A stretch of 64,000 nucleotides of DNA. Origin: Kudoa neothunni (taxonomy: Eukaryota > Animalia > Cnidaria). Every line of letters starts with the position of its first letter. Positions within the stretch are counted from its first letter, which is position 1. The translations under genes were made by a program, and so were the position numbers. Of this stretch, positions 35,280-48,213 are shown piece by piece. The stretch is from positions 10,589,186 through 10,653,185 of the forward strand of contig OZ199839.1 of NCBI GenBank assembly GCA_964304625.1, read 5' to 3'. A model generated the notes under the pieces. The model was not told the DNA's origin. It did no database searches and was given only the letters and a program-made list of their open reading frames with translations.

Positions 35280-37308
35280 CAGGGTGCCCAAACATTGGGT
35301 TTTTTGTTTATTTACAAAAATTGTAGATTATTGAATCCATTGAGATCAGTTTTAAATAAAAAGTTTTAGAATTAGGTAGAATAATCATATTTTTTTGTTT
35401 TAATAATTGAGAGAATTAAAATTATTCGAAATTTTAAAAAGAATCGCGATCGGCGGCAACTCGCTCTCTTCCAACCCTTGAATAATTGTTATTTAACCAA
35501 TTGTTCTTATTATTCAGTGATTGTATTTTGGTATTTCAACTCTTTCTCAAAATTTTCTATTTTTTTTAATAACACATTTTGAAGTTGTGGACGTAAATTA
35601 TTGTAAAGTATGAGCAAAATTTCAAACGGAGTAAAAAAAGAGCGTGGGATAATATGCGCTTCGATCAAGATTGATTAAAAGTAGATGATTAAATGATTGA
35701 TTTGAGCAAGATACAAAAGACAATAATTCCAGAAACTGCAAATGTTTGACGAATTTTTTCATAAACACTCTAAGGCAAAGGTTCTCTATCGAGGGTAAAT
35801 TAAATAACATCAAAATTAGATAGGGAGAATTTTGGTACTATGGGTGTGTGACGCACTTCCGGATTTCTAAATAATCATATTATTCAAGGTTATTAAGCTT
35901 AATAATAATTAGGCAAAAATTCTTTAAATTTTTTTAGGAATAAGTTTTTAATAGCTATAGCTATCCATAAAAATATTCAAGTCTCTTTTTTTATGTCTCG
36001 TTTATCCTTTGGTGATGTAGTCCAATAATAATAGTACTTAAAATGACTATTTTCATGGTAAATAATATTCAAGTATCATTAGTTTTAACTATTTTTAATT
36101 ATTTCTTGTCCCTTAGAGCGAAGGATTGAGAAAGATATAATTTTATTTAGCAAAATCTAAAAAATAAAATCTGTATACAATTTTTGAGAAAGATTTATTG
36201 AAATAAAAATTGTCATTATGTAGGCATACGTGTTTTTTAGGATCATAATTTACCCCTCAAGTAGCCTCTGCTATAGCTAAATCAGTATTTAACTTTAAGG
36301 TAAATATGAATTTGGCTTCCAAGTTAAGGGGGTAAATTTCGATTATTCATCAGGCTGAGAGGGTTAAATTTGAAAAAACGGCTGAGAACCCCTACTCTAA
36401 GGTATCAAAAAACAAACTACCTCCAAAGATTTTGGATGATATTCACCCCAGAGTTTTTTATGTCAATTTAAATAAGAAATTGTGGTAAATTTATTCGTAA
36501 AACATTATATGCTTTAACATTTACATTCAGAAAAAAAGTGTCATTACTCACATTACTAATCCTCATAAAACATACAGCTTAAGTTACCAATTCTTCGGTA
36601 ACACACAAAAGTTAAATATGTAACTATGATTTATTTTATTTGAATTTCTAAAATAAATTAATTTTTTAATATAATAAGCCAAGATAGAATTCATTTTTAA
36701 CAATAAACACACTTTTGGATGAATAATGAGGTAAAAATTATGCTGGGTGAATTTCACTCCAAAATTTTTGGAGGGTGTTTTTTAATTTTTAATAACTTCC
36801 TGTATGTTTTTAAAAACCAAACACTCACAAATTTTACTTAAAATAAATTTATATGTATAGCAATAATTTCATACACATTAAAAAACAATGAAGAATATAT
36901 GATAAGATTAAAACTTGTTTGGGGTGAATTTCTCCCCCAAATCCTTACTTAAGGGGTTAATGAACGCAGTATAAATTAAACAAACTCATTAAAGGTTGAA
37001 ACTATAAAATGTAAACTTCTCGCAAAGCAGTTGATCATAAAAAATAATAATACGTGTTTGACGTCGCACCCAACAAATAAACTAATACATGATGTGGATG
37101 GCGCTGTTGTAAGACAACGATACCTTGATTGCCCGAAAAATAGATCAAACTTCCTAGCTGAGGGTTGTGAAGATGATGAAGACAATTCAATTGACGACAA
37201 TAATTAGAAAACGCGCTTAAAATAAAAATTTTCATTATTTTAATAATAACATTATGGTTTCTTCTCCGAATCTTGGGGGTTTTTCCGATAGTCTCATTGG
37301 AGACCCTG
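35280..37308 (+). mobile_element. Non-autonomous hAT element, copy 2, interrupted by a TTAA insertion
   Basis: TIRs CAGGGTGCCCAA / TTGGAGACCCTG and perfect 8-bp TSD TCCCAAAC (35272-35279, 37309-37316). Colinear with 12401-13269 except for a ~1.2-kb insert. Confidence 0.92.
35766..36956. mobile_element. piggyBac-type non-coding insertion(s) within hAT copy 2
   Basis: Sits exactly at the TTAA present in copy 1 (TTTTTTCA-TTAA-TGGACG). Flanked by TAAA (35762-35765) and TTAA (36957-36960). An internal end CAGGCTGAGAGGG + TTAA (36364-36367) suggests two elements in tandem. Confidence 0.75.
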
Positions 37309-38301
37309 TCCCAAACGGTATGTACGCTTGGGGGAGGAGAATTTTTAATCCTTGCCACTTTTATTCACCTGCTGTACACAGATTTTTTTAATTTAATATA
37401 TTTAATTATTTCTGACTCATATCTTTGCTTTTAGGGGTCAGAAATAATATATTTTAGCCAAAACTAGTGACACCTGACTATTATTTGCTTTGCCTATAGC
37501 CAACTTCATTTCTACACCCATATAATATGACTTCAACGAGAAAAGAAAACATACAGTTAAAAAGCAGAATTAATAATAAATCAAAAGCTCAAGGAAATAC
37601 AATAAGAATAGGATTATAATTCTTGTTGATACATAAATGAAATCATAAAATGAATCAAAATCATAGTGGTTATAACAATTGATGTATTTTTATTATTAAA
37701 ACATTTGGAAATTCTCGATATCGATACTCTTATTTAGGAATCGTTTATGAACAATCAAAGACGAACACCTCAATAATTTAAATTTTAATATTCAGAGTTG
37801 GTGAAGTTTAAATGAAACATCTCGAACAATTTTTTAACTCGATTTGACATATACAATGATTTATCTAATTATCATGAGATTAACTTTATATTATATTTTT
37901 TAATATAACATTTTTTGTACGAATTTAGAAGCGCCCTTAAGTGATATTTTTACAAACGAGAGATCGATACATCTAAAATATTTTAAATTTTAAGATATTT
38001 ATGTTATGTTATTTATATAAGAAAAACTTTCTTTATATATATTAAACTGATATAGACAAGTATACTCCTTTATTTATGCCTAAAAATTTTCTGAAATACG
38101 TTGCAGCTTGAAATATTTTACGTAGTTATGCGACTAATAAACTTTAATTAATTAATAATATTGTATAATTTTTATTACTTACACCGTTTATTATAATTCT
38201 TTGATAACATAACTTGGTAGTTATTTTCTCTTTAAAAAGAATAAAAAGATTAATTTTTGCGAAAATACATTCTCATTAACAATACATCAATAAATATTTA
38301 A

Positions 38302-39737
38302 CCTCCCGAGCACCTCCAAATTGACTATACATATGGCGTCTTTGAGGTCGAAAAAGACCCCAAGTCTAAATTCTGTATGATCAACAAATTTTAATCCCTA
38401 TAGTATTATAATTGATTATATAACATTTTAAATATTAATTAAAGTTCGTTTTATGTCAAATCTACAAAATAATATGTTGTATGACTAATTGTTCGATTAA
38501 TTTCTCGAAAGCATATATTTGCTCAATTCTTGCAGTGTCAGTCGTTATTAATTTTCTTGGATGTAATATTCTAATTAAGAAATGTTATAAAAAACCTAGA
38601 AAATTTATAATGATTGAATTTTTAATAAAAGTTATTTTTTTCATTTAATAATTAGCATAAGGGATTTTTATTTCTATATTTATTTTTGTTTATCATTATA
38701 TATGCGATTTTATAAAATACAATTTTTTCCCAACTGGAATTCTTTGAAAAGTAGTCGTTATGTTTAAACACATCATCTACCTTTAGGCGAGTAATTTTTT
38801 AATATGTCAAAGAAAATCTAAATAAAAAACAGCCAGTAATTAATAAATGAATTTTATTCTATCCAGTGTTGTAAGCGCATCGTAAGAAAACATTAATGTA
38901 TGTGCCTTGTAGCACATATTTCATCTATTTTCTCTCTTGCACCAATATCGTCAAAGTAGAGTGAGTGTTTGACTTTTGTATGTTCATTCAGCGTCATAAC
39001 TTGTCTAAAAATCACCATAGAACTTATGAAGCATCCAAAACCTTTTTGAAAATTCAGTCATAGTTTTAAAAATTTGACATATATCAGTATGCCAAGATAC
39101 GCACGAAAATCATTCAAATCGAAATCATCATAAGAAGAATCACAGCGATAACGACCAAATTTATCGGTTATGTGGACAATTGTAGAAAACAGTTGATCAG
39201 TGGAGAATGAGTTGAAGCAATCTTGAACGGGTTTTATTATTGGCGAGTGTAGGCAGTTACTCAAGGATTTGGATTCCGAATGTTTTAATTTCGTATCTGT
39301 TCTTCTAAGAGGGATCTAGCTAAAGATGTTGTTTTTGTGAGTGAGAAGGTTTGTTAATATAGTTCCAAGATTTTTATAATCATATGAAAATTATTTCTTT
39401 TCGATTAATTCTTCAATAATACATATGATGGAAGAGCTTCCAGTGTAACCATCTTAGCTAGACATTATAATTCACAATTCAAAGTTGTCACAAGTTTTTC
39501 AATGTTCACACTCGCAAATTAGTGTAATTATGCCGTGATTTTTCTTAGAAATAAGTAAACTTCTTCAAAATAAATTATTACCCAATTTGTATGGGAAAAT
39601 TAATATTGTTTTCCAAAACAATCGGTTATTGCAAAAGAATAGATAGGATATCTAGAAAATTAAAGCAAGCTATGAGGGAGAAAGTAAGTGATTAAACCAC
39701 GACTGGGGTCGAAAACAACCCCAGGATGCTCGGAAGG
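38302..39737 (-). mobile_element. Internally deleted piggyBac element
   Basis: TTAA + CCTCCCGAGCACC ... GATGCTCGGAAGG + TTAA (11/13). Subterminal GGTCGAAAA-x-ACCCCA motifs at ~38346 and ~39707. Remnant QLFSTIVHITDKF...DFRAYLGILIY (39058-39264). Confidence 0.88.
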
Positions 39738-42700
39738 TTAATTTCTAAAATTAAATAAGGGTGTTATAAAATAGTTAAAAATCTTTATTATTATTATTAT
39801 TATTTAAAAAGTAAACAAAATTTCTAAAATAAATGTCAATTAATAATTTAAAAAATAAATAATACTGCAACATAAAACCACATCCAATGATTATTTAAAA
39901 TATATTATCAACTTAGTGACGTTATCGAACACGGGCATAGACGTAGGTTTGACCGTGGCCCAAGCTCAATGTTAACACTCAAAAAAATAAAATAATAATG
40001 ACAATAAACTTAGTATACATCTGAAATGATAGCTGCGAATAAACGCAATTTTTTGAAATATAATTTAACAAAAAATTAAACTTATTATCACAAAATGTTT
40101 CATTAACAAAATAAAATGTTGTCATGGCAATCTAACCTAACTAAGACAAACGTCTCGACCAACTAAATACGATAAAATACAAAATAAACTAAAATGGAGA
40201 AATTAAAAAATAACAAATAAAAGGCGAAAATTAGTCAACGTTTGATTTCATGAGTTGAACAGAAAAATTCTTTATATATCTAAAAATAATAAGTGGACCA
40301 AATAACCAATAGCTTATGAACATGAAAATAGGATTCATTTTCGAAACACTCGTGGAAAATAGATCCAACATCCTTAAAACATTCCTTATTAGAACCTCCA
40401 CTTTGCTCATGAACTTTTCTACACCAGTTCAGTAGGTCCATATCTACATATATCATAATTTCAATGCACCAATCAATCAGCTATAAATTCTCATTTATTG
40501 CTGAGGGGCCATTTACAGTGGATGCATTGTCTTCGTAGTTTTCTGTTGGGAATGGAACGCCCTTCATTAAACACAGGTTTTGTCTTGGAGGTTTTGGTTT
40601 CTGTTGATGTTACTTCAAGTCTAAATTATTAGATTTACTATCGCTGGTCGAACAGAAATTAGAGCCAATCAAGCATTGTTTTTATTTAGCCGCATCGAAT
40701 TATGGCCGGTCTATATCTATTAAAACTCTGATATATCTACCGTAGATCGCTGTATTCATCGCTCTCATAATCGATAAAACCCATAAAATAAAAGTGGAGA
40801 TGTGTTTGGTGGTTTCGACCTAATTTGTGGGGCCTAACAATACTTTTCTCAAGATTAGTTTTCGTGAGAAATCGACAAAGTGGAATTATATCGTGTCTGC
40901 ATTATTTCATTGCTAAATTCATTACAATCGATAATATAATTTCACACATAAGATTATACAATTTTTGATTGGATCCTATTGAACAATTTTGTTTGTTGTT
41001 GTGCACTATCAACAATTGCGTCATTTATTACGTCGGATTATTTTTAATGGCACTATTAAATGTGGTATCGATTAATTCCCTCCGACCCTTTTATATGGGA
41101 TTTATTGATGAACGATACAATTGTATTATATTGTTAAAAAATTTTATTTCCATTTCATAAATGATATGTTGATAGTTAATTGATCATTGATAATTGCGGG
41201 CTTTTTAATTTAAAGCACCATTCATAATTTATCGTTATTTACCGACGAAAATATTTACATATAATTAATCAATCCAATTTTCAGATATAACATATTGTCA
41301 TTTTACACGCTTCAAATTGTATCTAACTGATTTATCGTTGGTCGAACGGACCTGTTTGCTATAAAGCTGCTTCAAAATTCATATTATCGTCAAGATATAC
41401 GTATATTTAATTTTCTCACATCATTTTATCAAACCTATTAATTCAAATTAATACCCTTACTATAATTCATAATGTATATAAATATATTATGTATTAATCT
41501 AACTGTCTGCAGTTATTAATTCAAAAATTAGTCCCTTTTGTGAGATTTAAATGTTTATAGTCACCAATATCATTTTTGACAGAAATTCTTATTCTACAAA
41601 TGCTCCTTTAACCATTTATCTGTGTAATCCCCTATCAAGTGATTAATATAACAAATTATTATATCAACATTTTTTGTGTCGTTTCGTATATTATTTGTCA
41701 TGCATTTTGGCGACTTCTACACTCTTAAGAGCTATTCTAATATAACGAGGTAATTCCGAGTACAATTCTTAAATGATTCTCTGCTCATAAATTAATTTCA
41801 TTGGAAATCCCTCTTTTTGATTGCTAACAAAAAAAATGTTCTATGCTAATTTAATTTTAAATAAAATATACATAATCTAATCAAATTACTATGAATTAAA
41901 ATAAATTACTAATAATCTAAATGTATTATTTTGGATGCCATATTTTTAACAGAAGAAAATAAAAAATAAAATATTACCAGTGCGAATTTCTCAGCTCCGC
42001 AAGGAATTGGGAATATTACACCGTAGATGAACCTGTTCTAAAAATAAAAAATGTATTAATCCCTCCAACTAGTCATTTAGAAGAAAATAAATTTTCATTT
42101 TTTTAAATTATTGCATTTTTAACGATTGTGATAAACGCTGTTAAAATTAGGATCATAAAAATTACAACAATTATATAATCCGATGATAAATTGTAACGAT
42201 TGTTTTTACTGTTAAAATTAATATCACTCTATCCGGCTTATTTTTATACATTCTTTTCTCAAAATAACCACGTAGCTATTTGATGTAAACAAAAATATTT
42301 TAAATAATTTAGATAAGTAAAATTATAATGTACACATTAATTCTTTTCGTTCAAAATTAAGTTTAACTGACTCTTAAACGCAAATTGAGGACCCTGTTTC
42401 ATTATTTACGGCTTAAATCTCTCTAATTATAACATACGCAACCAATCTATATCATTAATATATTAATTTATCAATTTTTATTATTTTTGTTATGATTAAA
42501 AACATTTATAGAACTCTGATAACGTATTTATCAACCCAAATATTTTAAAAGTCCAAATATAAGAAATGTATTTAAACACACGTCTGAATGGACACACCCA
42601 CTTATGTATACTGATAGATAAACGATATAAGATGTATCTCGAAATCATGGATATAGAACTTACGTTCGAATTAATAAAATCTATATTAATGACTTGCATA

Positions 42701-43419
42701 TATTGACTATAGATAAATGTCGGCATGATTAAACAAACGTAACCATATTTTTGAAAACACGTAATCCGCTTAACAAATTTGACATAGATAACGACACAAT
42801 TTAATACATTAGTTTTGCTCTTTTATCGTTTTAATAATAAATAAAAGAATTTTTAATTTACCTTAAACCATTAAAAATCATAAATTTCTAATTATATGAA
42901 AAAAAAATTTGCCACACCTGAGTATTAAGGAAACGAGCACTCACATACAGACCACCCTCTTTTCTCTTATTTATATAAACGATTTTTTATAATACAATGG
43001 ACATTCGATTTTTCGTATTTTTTAACTTCTGGTTTCTCGTTTTCTCTCAAATTTTGTGTAAAAATAAAAATTTAATGTTAGAATATAATATTAAGATTCA
43101 ATTGAAATAGCATAAAAACAAAAATAAGATATTTAAAATACGAAAAATTATCGTTACTGATTTAACGTAATTTTCTCAGGCCTTAAATAACTTCGAAAAA
43201 TCCATTTCCTACTGTAGTTGTGTTTTATATTTTCGTGGGTGTATGTGACTACAGAAAATATGCCATCGTTACATTTTCAATAACTCCTCTATGCCCGCTG
43301 GGATTACTGAAAATCGATCCCATTGCACAGTATTAATATTTCTCAATCAAGTTGCATGTCATTTGCGCGTTACATTATCATGGTGGGTGAAGAATCACAA
43401 TAAGTTGAAATAATGGGAA

Positions 43420-43530
43420 CGCTCATTGAAGACAGTGAACCAAAATTATTGATGCTTCCTCCATATTCACAGTTTTTAAGTTCCATCGAAGAAGTTTTTC
43501 CTCAAATTAAATCTGTAATAAAAAGATATT
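43420..43530 (+). mobile_element. IS630/Tc1-like transposase fragment
   Basis: Reads KLLMLPPYSQFLSSIEEVFPQIK, a decayed LPPYSPFLNPIE motif. Confidence 0.7.
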
Positions 43531-43843
43531 AAAAAATACGAAAGCTTTATTGAATGCACTGAGAATGGCCCAGTAAAGATATCGTCGACATGTTGCCAAA
43601 ACTATCTAAAAAAATCCAAGTCTTATTTTTCTATATCTTTTCAAAATGAAAAAATTCACATTTAGATTTTTTTGGAGCATCAGATTTTTAGCTACGGTGC
43701 AACAGGGCTCGATTTTAATCGCCACTTTTTTTACACAAAACTGAATTTTTATTATCAAGTTCTTACTTATAATAAAGAAAATACTCATAAATATGATATA
43801 AATAAAAATAAATATTGATCAACGTACAAAAATAAAGCAAAAA

Positions 43844-45045
43844 CATGGCTCGTACGTAATGCAGCGATTCTACGTAATGGAAATTGTACCTGAAAGTATA
43901 CTTTGCATGCTTCATGCGTAATCGCGGAAATAATAAAATATATCTAACCGCGACATTACAAAAACTTTTCTAAGAAATATAAAATAATTCAATGATACGA
44001 TTCGGTACACGAGTTGAGAATTTAAAAAAAAGACTATGGATAAGTATTGCCAGAAAAGAATGTCAACATTGAATGGGATTCTAACAATAGATGTAATTTT
44101 TAAATCAGAAGGTTTAGAACTTTTGAAAAATTATCGAAAAACTGTAAATAAACCTCAACCATGATGTTGAATACAAAATCTATAAATGGATATTTTAAAC
44201 AAGAGTGAATGGTGATTTATTTACACTGATAATACCATTACAATGTCGAGAAGATTCACTCCAAAGGAATGTAACAATAATAACGATCATTTTAACTGTA
44301 GAAAGTTTAAAGATCAGGCTAAATTAAAATATGTTATATTTCATGTTGAGACTGGAAGCTTTCCCGCTAAAACATGCTCGGGATGGAATGAGAAACTTCA
44401 TGATGTTCTCGAAAAGTGGTCATCTAAGAATTTTTTTTAGAAATGTTTCAAAATTCATTAAGGGTGTGAACAACAATGAAACAGATGATAGCAACATATC
44501 TGATGAAGATTAATCGAAAATTGTGAATCCATCTATTTCATTTAATCAAGCTCTTGAATATTAAGTATATCTTTTTAAGTTATTAACAAAAAGAAATTCG
44601 ACACGGATTGAAGGCATTTTTGGCGTCGGAAAGGAGGTTCAAATTATTATAATTGATTCAAAAACTACTCCAAAAATTTGATTTTTTTTAATATTTATAA
44701 ATTGGATAACAGGAATTCGCAGTGAGATACTATAGTCGAAAAAATGGGAAACGATAAAAATACATTTTATTGCATAAGAATAGTTACCATTTATTTGTAT
44801 TTTTCGAAATTTCTTAATTCTTTTAGAATTTTTTAGATCACGAATAGACCATCGATTCGCTCAAATGAAAATAGATGCAATAATGCCAACATTTATTTAT
44901 TTCAGTTAGGTACGCATAAGGCAATGACTAAAGCAGAATAAAAAATTTCGAAATTTTTCAGTGCGCGTGCGCTCGCCAGTTTGTACCTGATGCAGCGATT
45001 CTACGAAATGAGACTCTATTCCCGACTCATTACGTACGAGCCTTG
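43844..45045 (+). mobile_element. pogo/Tigger-derived non-autonomous element
   Basis: TIRs CATGGCTCGTACGTAATG / CATTACGTACGAGCCTTG (17/18) with ATGCAGCGATTCTACG repeated near both ends. Remnant FKDQAKLKYVIFHVETGS...WNEKLHDVLEKWSSKNFF. TA TSD not preserved. Confidence 0.75.
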
Positions 45046-45132
45046 TTGGACTGCATTTTCTCTCATGGAGATTGGAGAAAATTTTTAATTTCGCGAAAAT
45101 CTATCATGTAGATGAAACATTTCTACGGCTTA

Positions 45133-46663
45133 TAGGGTTTCCCGATCAAGGTGAGAATTGTTGCAATCAAACCGAGAACTATTGCAATTAATGAGACTCC
45201 TTTTAATTAACTTAGACTTAAATTGCGCATAAAAACTATTCAATAATATAATAACAACCAATATATATTTAAATATATTTGGATAAAAATATATTACTGA
45301 TTTATTATTTCCCTATTTTCAGCTTTTTGGAGATACCTTAGCATTTTTCTGAAGAAGCCATCACAATGGGAAGTGGTAATTTCATCAAATTTGTCAGAGA
45401 TTAACCCCTTAAGTTCCATTTCATTTTTGGCTTCTCTTCTTATTACCAAATTTTTCCAAACAGAAAATGTATTTTCTATTGGATTCAGAAATGGGGAGTA
45501 TGGCGGCAAGAAGAATAACTTGAGTCCGAGCATGTCTATAGTGTCTTTTAGTCCTTTATAATGGTGAATACGCGCACTGTACAAAATAAAGATAGGATCA
45601 TTAATGTTTTTTAAAGTATATGCCTCCTTTATTTCAATTAGACAACTTTTAAAATCCTCACCGTTCACCGCCTTATCCTGAATTTTATGAAATATCATTC
45701 CATATTTATTCATTGCTGCCACTACTGAAATGTTTCTGCTTCTTGCGGCCGAAACAGAAACATATGGAGAAGCACCTCGAGCAGCCCGTCCTCTTTTTGG
45801 TCGCGTAACAGCAACAAACCCTACTTCATCCATAAAGATAAATGTTTTACCCTCCATGTCCAGCTCAGATTTTCTAAAATCCTTTGCGTAGGTATACCTA
45901 GTTTCGATTTTAGACACACAATTTCTCCGTTCAGGAATCGGTACAGTACATTTTATTGTATAATGAAAATTTTGAAGTATTCTGTCAACCGTGCTTTTGC
46001 TCACAGAAATATTAAATTTTTCCTGAATCATTCTTTTCATGCCATTTAGCCTCAATAAACAATCAGAGTCAACCCATGATAAAATTTCACGTTTTTTACC
46101 ATGAGACAACTTTGACTTTTTATCGCCACCACGGTTCTGGATACGTATGCAACCATTCTTGTTATAATTGTTTATGATTCTCCAAACGGACTTATAATTA
46201 ATGGAAAGATCTTCAGATATTTGTTTCATAGATTTTCCTTCGAGTGACTTGTTGATAATTTTAACTCTATCTTCATCAGGGATAGTAGACATCATTTTTT
46301 TATTTCGGATATTTTCTGAGTTTAGTTCCATCCTAGTATCAAAAGTTTACGGCGAAATAAATATAAATAATATATTTTTAAATAAACTCATTATAACTTA
46401 AATATAGTTATTTACTTTAAGAATCAAAAAATGTTAAATCTTGACTTGATCGGGAACTATCACGTGTTAAAATCGCGGAACCCCCTTTTTTAATTTATAC
46501 CGAGGAGGTTAAGGATGGAAGCTAATGTTTCTACCGTTAGTTAAACAATAAACGAAATAAAAATTATTTTATACTACGACCAATTTAATCGAAACTTTCT
46601 TGCATTAATTGCAAAAGTTCTCGGTTTGATTGCCACGCTTCTCACTTTGATCGGGAAACCCTA
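45133..46663 (-). mobile_element. Complete IS630-Tc1-mariner superfamily transposon
   Basis: ~61-bp TIRs (TAGGGTTTCCCGATCAA..., 45133-45193 and 46603-46663) with TA on both sides (45131-45132, 46664-46665). Confidence 0.95.
45294..46331 (-). CDS. DD34E-type transposase (345 aa), ORF intact but second catalytic Asp replaced by Tyr
   Basis: HTH N-terminus, FMDEVGF, ILYSARIHH (expected DNARIHH) and LPPYSPFLNPIE, with 34 residues between that Y and the E. Confidence 0.92.
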   Translation of the reverse strand: MELNSENIRNKKMMSTIPDEDRVKIINKSLEGKSMKQISEDLSINYKSVWRIINNYNKNGCIRIQNRGGDKKSKLSHGKKREILSWVDSDCLLRLNGMKRMIQEKFNISVSKSTVDRILQNFHYTIKCTVPIPERRNCVSKIETRYTYAKDFRKSELDMEGKTFIFMDEVGFVAVTRPKRGRAARGASPYVSVSAARSRNISVVAAMNKYGMIFHKIQDKAVNGEDFKSCLIEIKEAYTLKNINDPIFILYSARIHHYKGLKDTIDMLGLKLFFLPPYSPFLNPIENTFSVWKNLVIRREAKNEMELKGLISDKFDEITTSHCDGFFRKMLRYLQKAENREIINQ

Positions 46664-46831
46664 TAATTGAGTGTAACGGCAAAATATGTGAGCGGTTTGC
46701 AACTTGAACGAAAAATCCTGCATATTTAAATGCAAACAGAGAAAAAAATATTAAATTAAAAATCATTAAATTCTATTTAATATATATCAGATCTTTTAAT
46801 TTATGACTTGATGCGAAGAAATCTCATCAAA

Positions 46832-48213
46832 TTATGCATCACCAATAGCTAAAGGTGTCTTGCAAATAGCGGTGCAGATGTCACTGGTCTCAAAGTTATT
46901 CAAATTCATTTTTTTCCCGTTAAATTTAAATTCTTTGCAAGTTTGGTCGGTAGATTCGTAGTAATATCTAGTTAATTTGTATTTATCGCCATTTTCCCAC
47001 TCACCAACTTTTGGTTGTTTACACGCTTCAACCGCTTGCAAATCACCAAGATGACCAGCTAAATTCGAATAAATATATATTACTAAAAATACAATTAATA
47101 TAAAATACTGGCGGGGCAAAAACTAGCACATATCTCTGCAGAACTAAATATATTTTTTGAGCCATCGTCAAGTTTAACTGATTCTCCGAGTTCTTTTTTT
47201 GAGTAGAAGGGACGACATACACTGTCTATTTTGTCAAAATAAAAGTATTCTGTAACAAGATCTTTATTGTTTATTTCTGTTTCGGATGGTTCTTGGTAAG
47301 GTTCAGTTGCGTCGCAGGCAGCAACAAAATCCGCTAATTATTATTATTATGACATACCTAACCTAACACCGCTGTTTAATACTTATGCATGTTTTTACGC
47401 ATTTTGGTAATTCCTTAAAATACCCTCTTTCTGAGTTTTGCCCAACAGCTGCATAAACGCATCTATTTTTGTCTTTGTGTAGTACAACTCCCATTTTGGG
47501 GGTAGCATTATCTACTTCAGCAGCAAACAGGCAGTCAAACTTGTTAGGAGTTGCAGTAAGAGTGTTAATGTCAGTTTCTTGACTTACTTTTCCATTCTCT
47601 TTATCTAAATTAAGTTAATTCATATGATGATATTATATTATAAACAAAATTATTCAACGTTATTTACTTTGACAAGCATTTTTGCATTCCTGCTCAGTCA
47701 TAAAATTGTTGGCATTTCCTCCGCAACCAGAGTATTTAAAATTGTGGCATTTGTTCTTCGTTGTATCCGTACCAACCGCATTTGTGGAAAAATACCACCT
47801 CTCTTCTCTATTTGCTTCAGCCACTGTGCAAACACCTTCGTTTTTAGGTAATCCACACGCTTTAGATTGCTCTTCGGGTGTGAATTTTACTAATAATGAA
47901 GTTAAAGAAGTTTAAATATTACGATTTACGATGATATTGGCAGACAGCTTTCGACACAAAATTGTTAAAATTTCCTAGAGAACCCAAATATTGGAATTTT
48001 TTGCACTTAGCAGTAGCTTTGTCGACATACCATCTCTCGACTACAGCTGCTTTTTTCTGGTCTGCATTCATCCAAGCTGGAGCTTCTCCGACATCTTTTT
48101 CATAGGAATCCAGGGCTCTTTCTTTTTTTATTTTATAGAAATATGATATCGTATATTTTATTACCTAAAGATACTAGTCCTAATAATGCAAAATATATTA
48201 AAACAATGAACAT
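46832..48213 (-). CDS. Secreted protein with five tandem Kunitz/BPTI-like domains (~378 aa), 6 exons
   Basis: Exons 48213-48165 (signal peptide [16 protein letters not shown]), 48121-47930, 47889-47668, 47604-47383, 47333-47109 and 47058-46832; all introns are GT-AG phase 1. Domain 2 is canonical: [10 protein letters not shown]...RWYF...[26 protein letters not shown]. Confidence 0.9.

Noticed and set aside
40380-40900. GC-richer stretch that looks like decayed coding sequence
   Set aside because: I could not build a stop-free frame or spliced model and saw no diagnostic motif; probably an old transposon fragment.
47461-47510. Possible frameshift in Kunitz domain 3
   Set aside because: Recounting the homopolymers shows the exon is 222 nt and open in one frame.
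1415-48213. Alternative genetic code to explain the fragmented ORFs
   Set aside because: TAA, TAG and TGA all end spliced gene models, and short introns explain the fragmentation.
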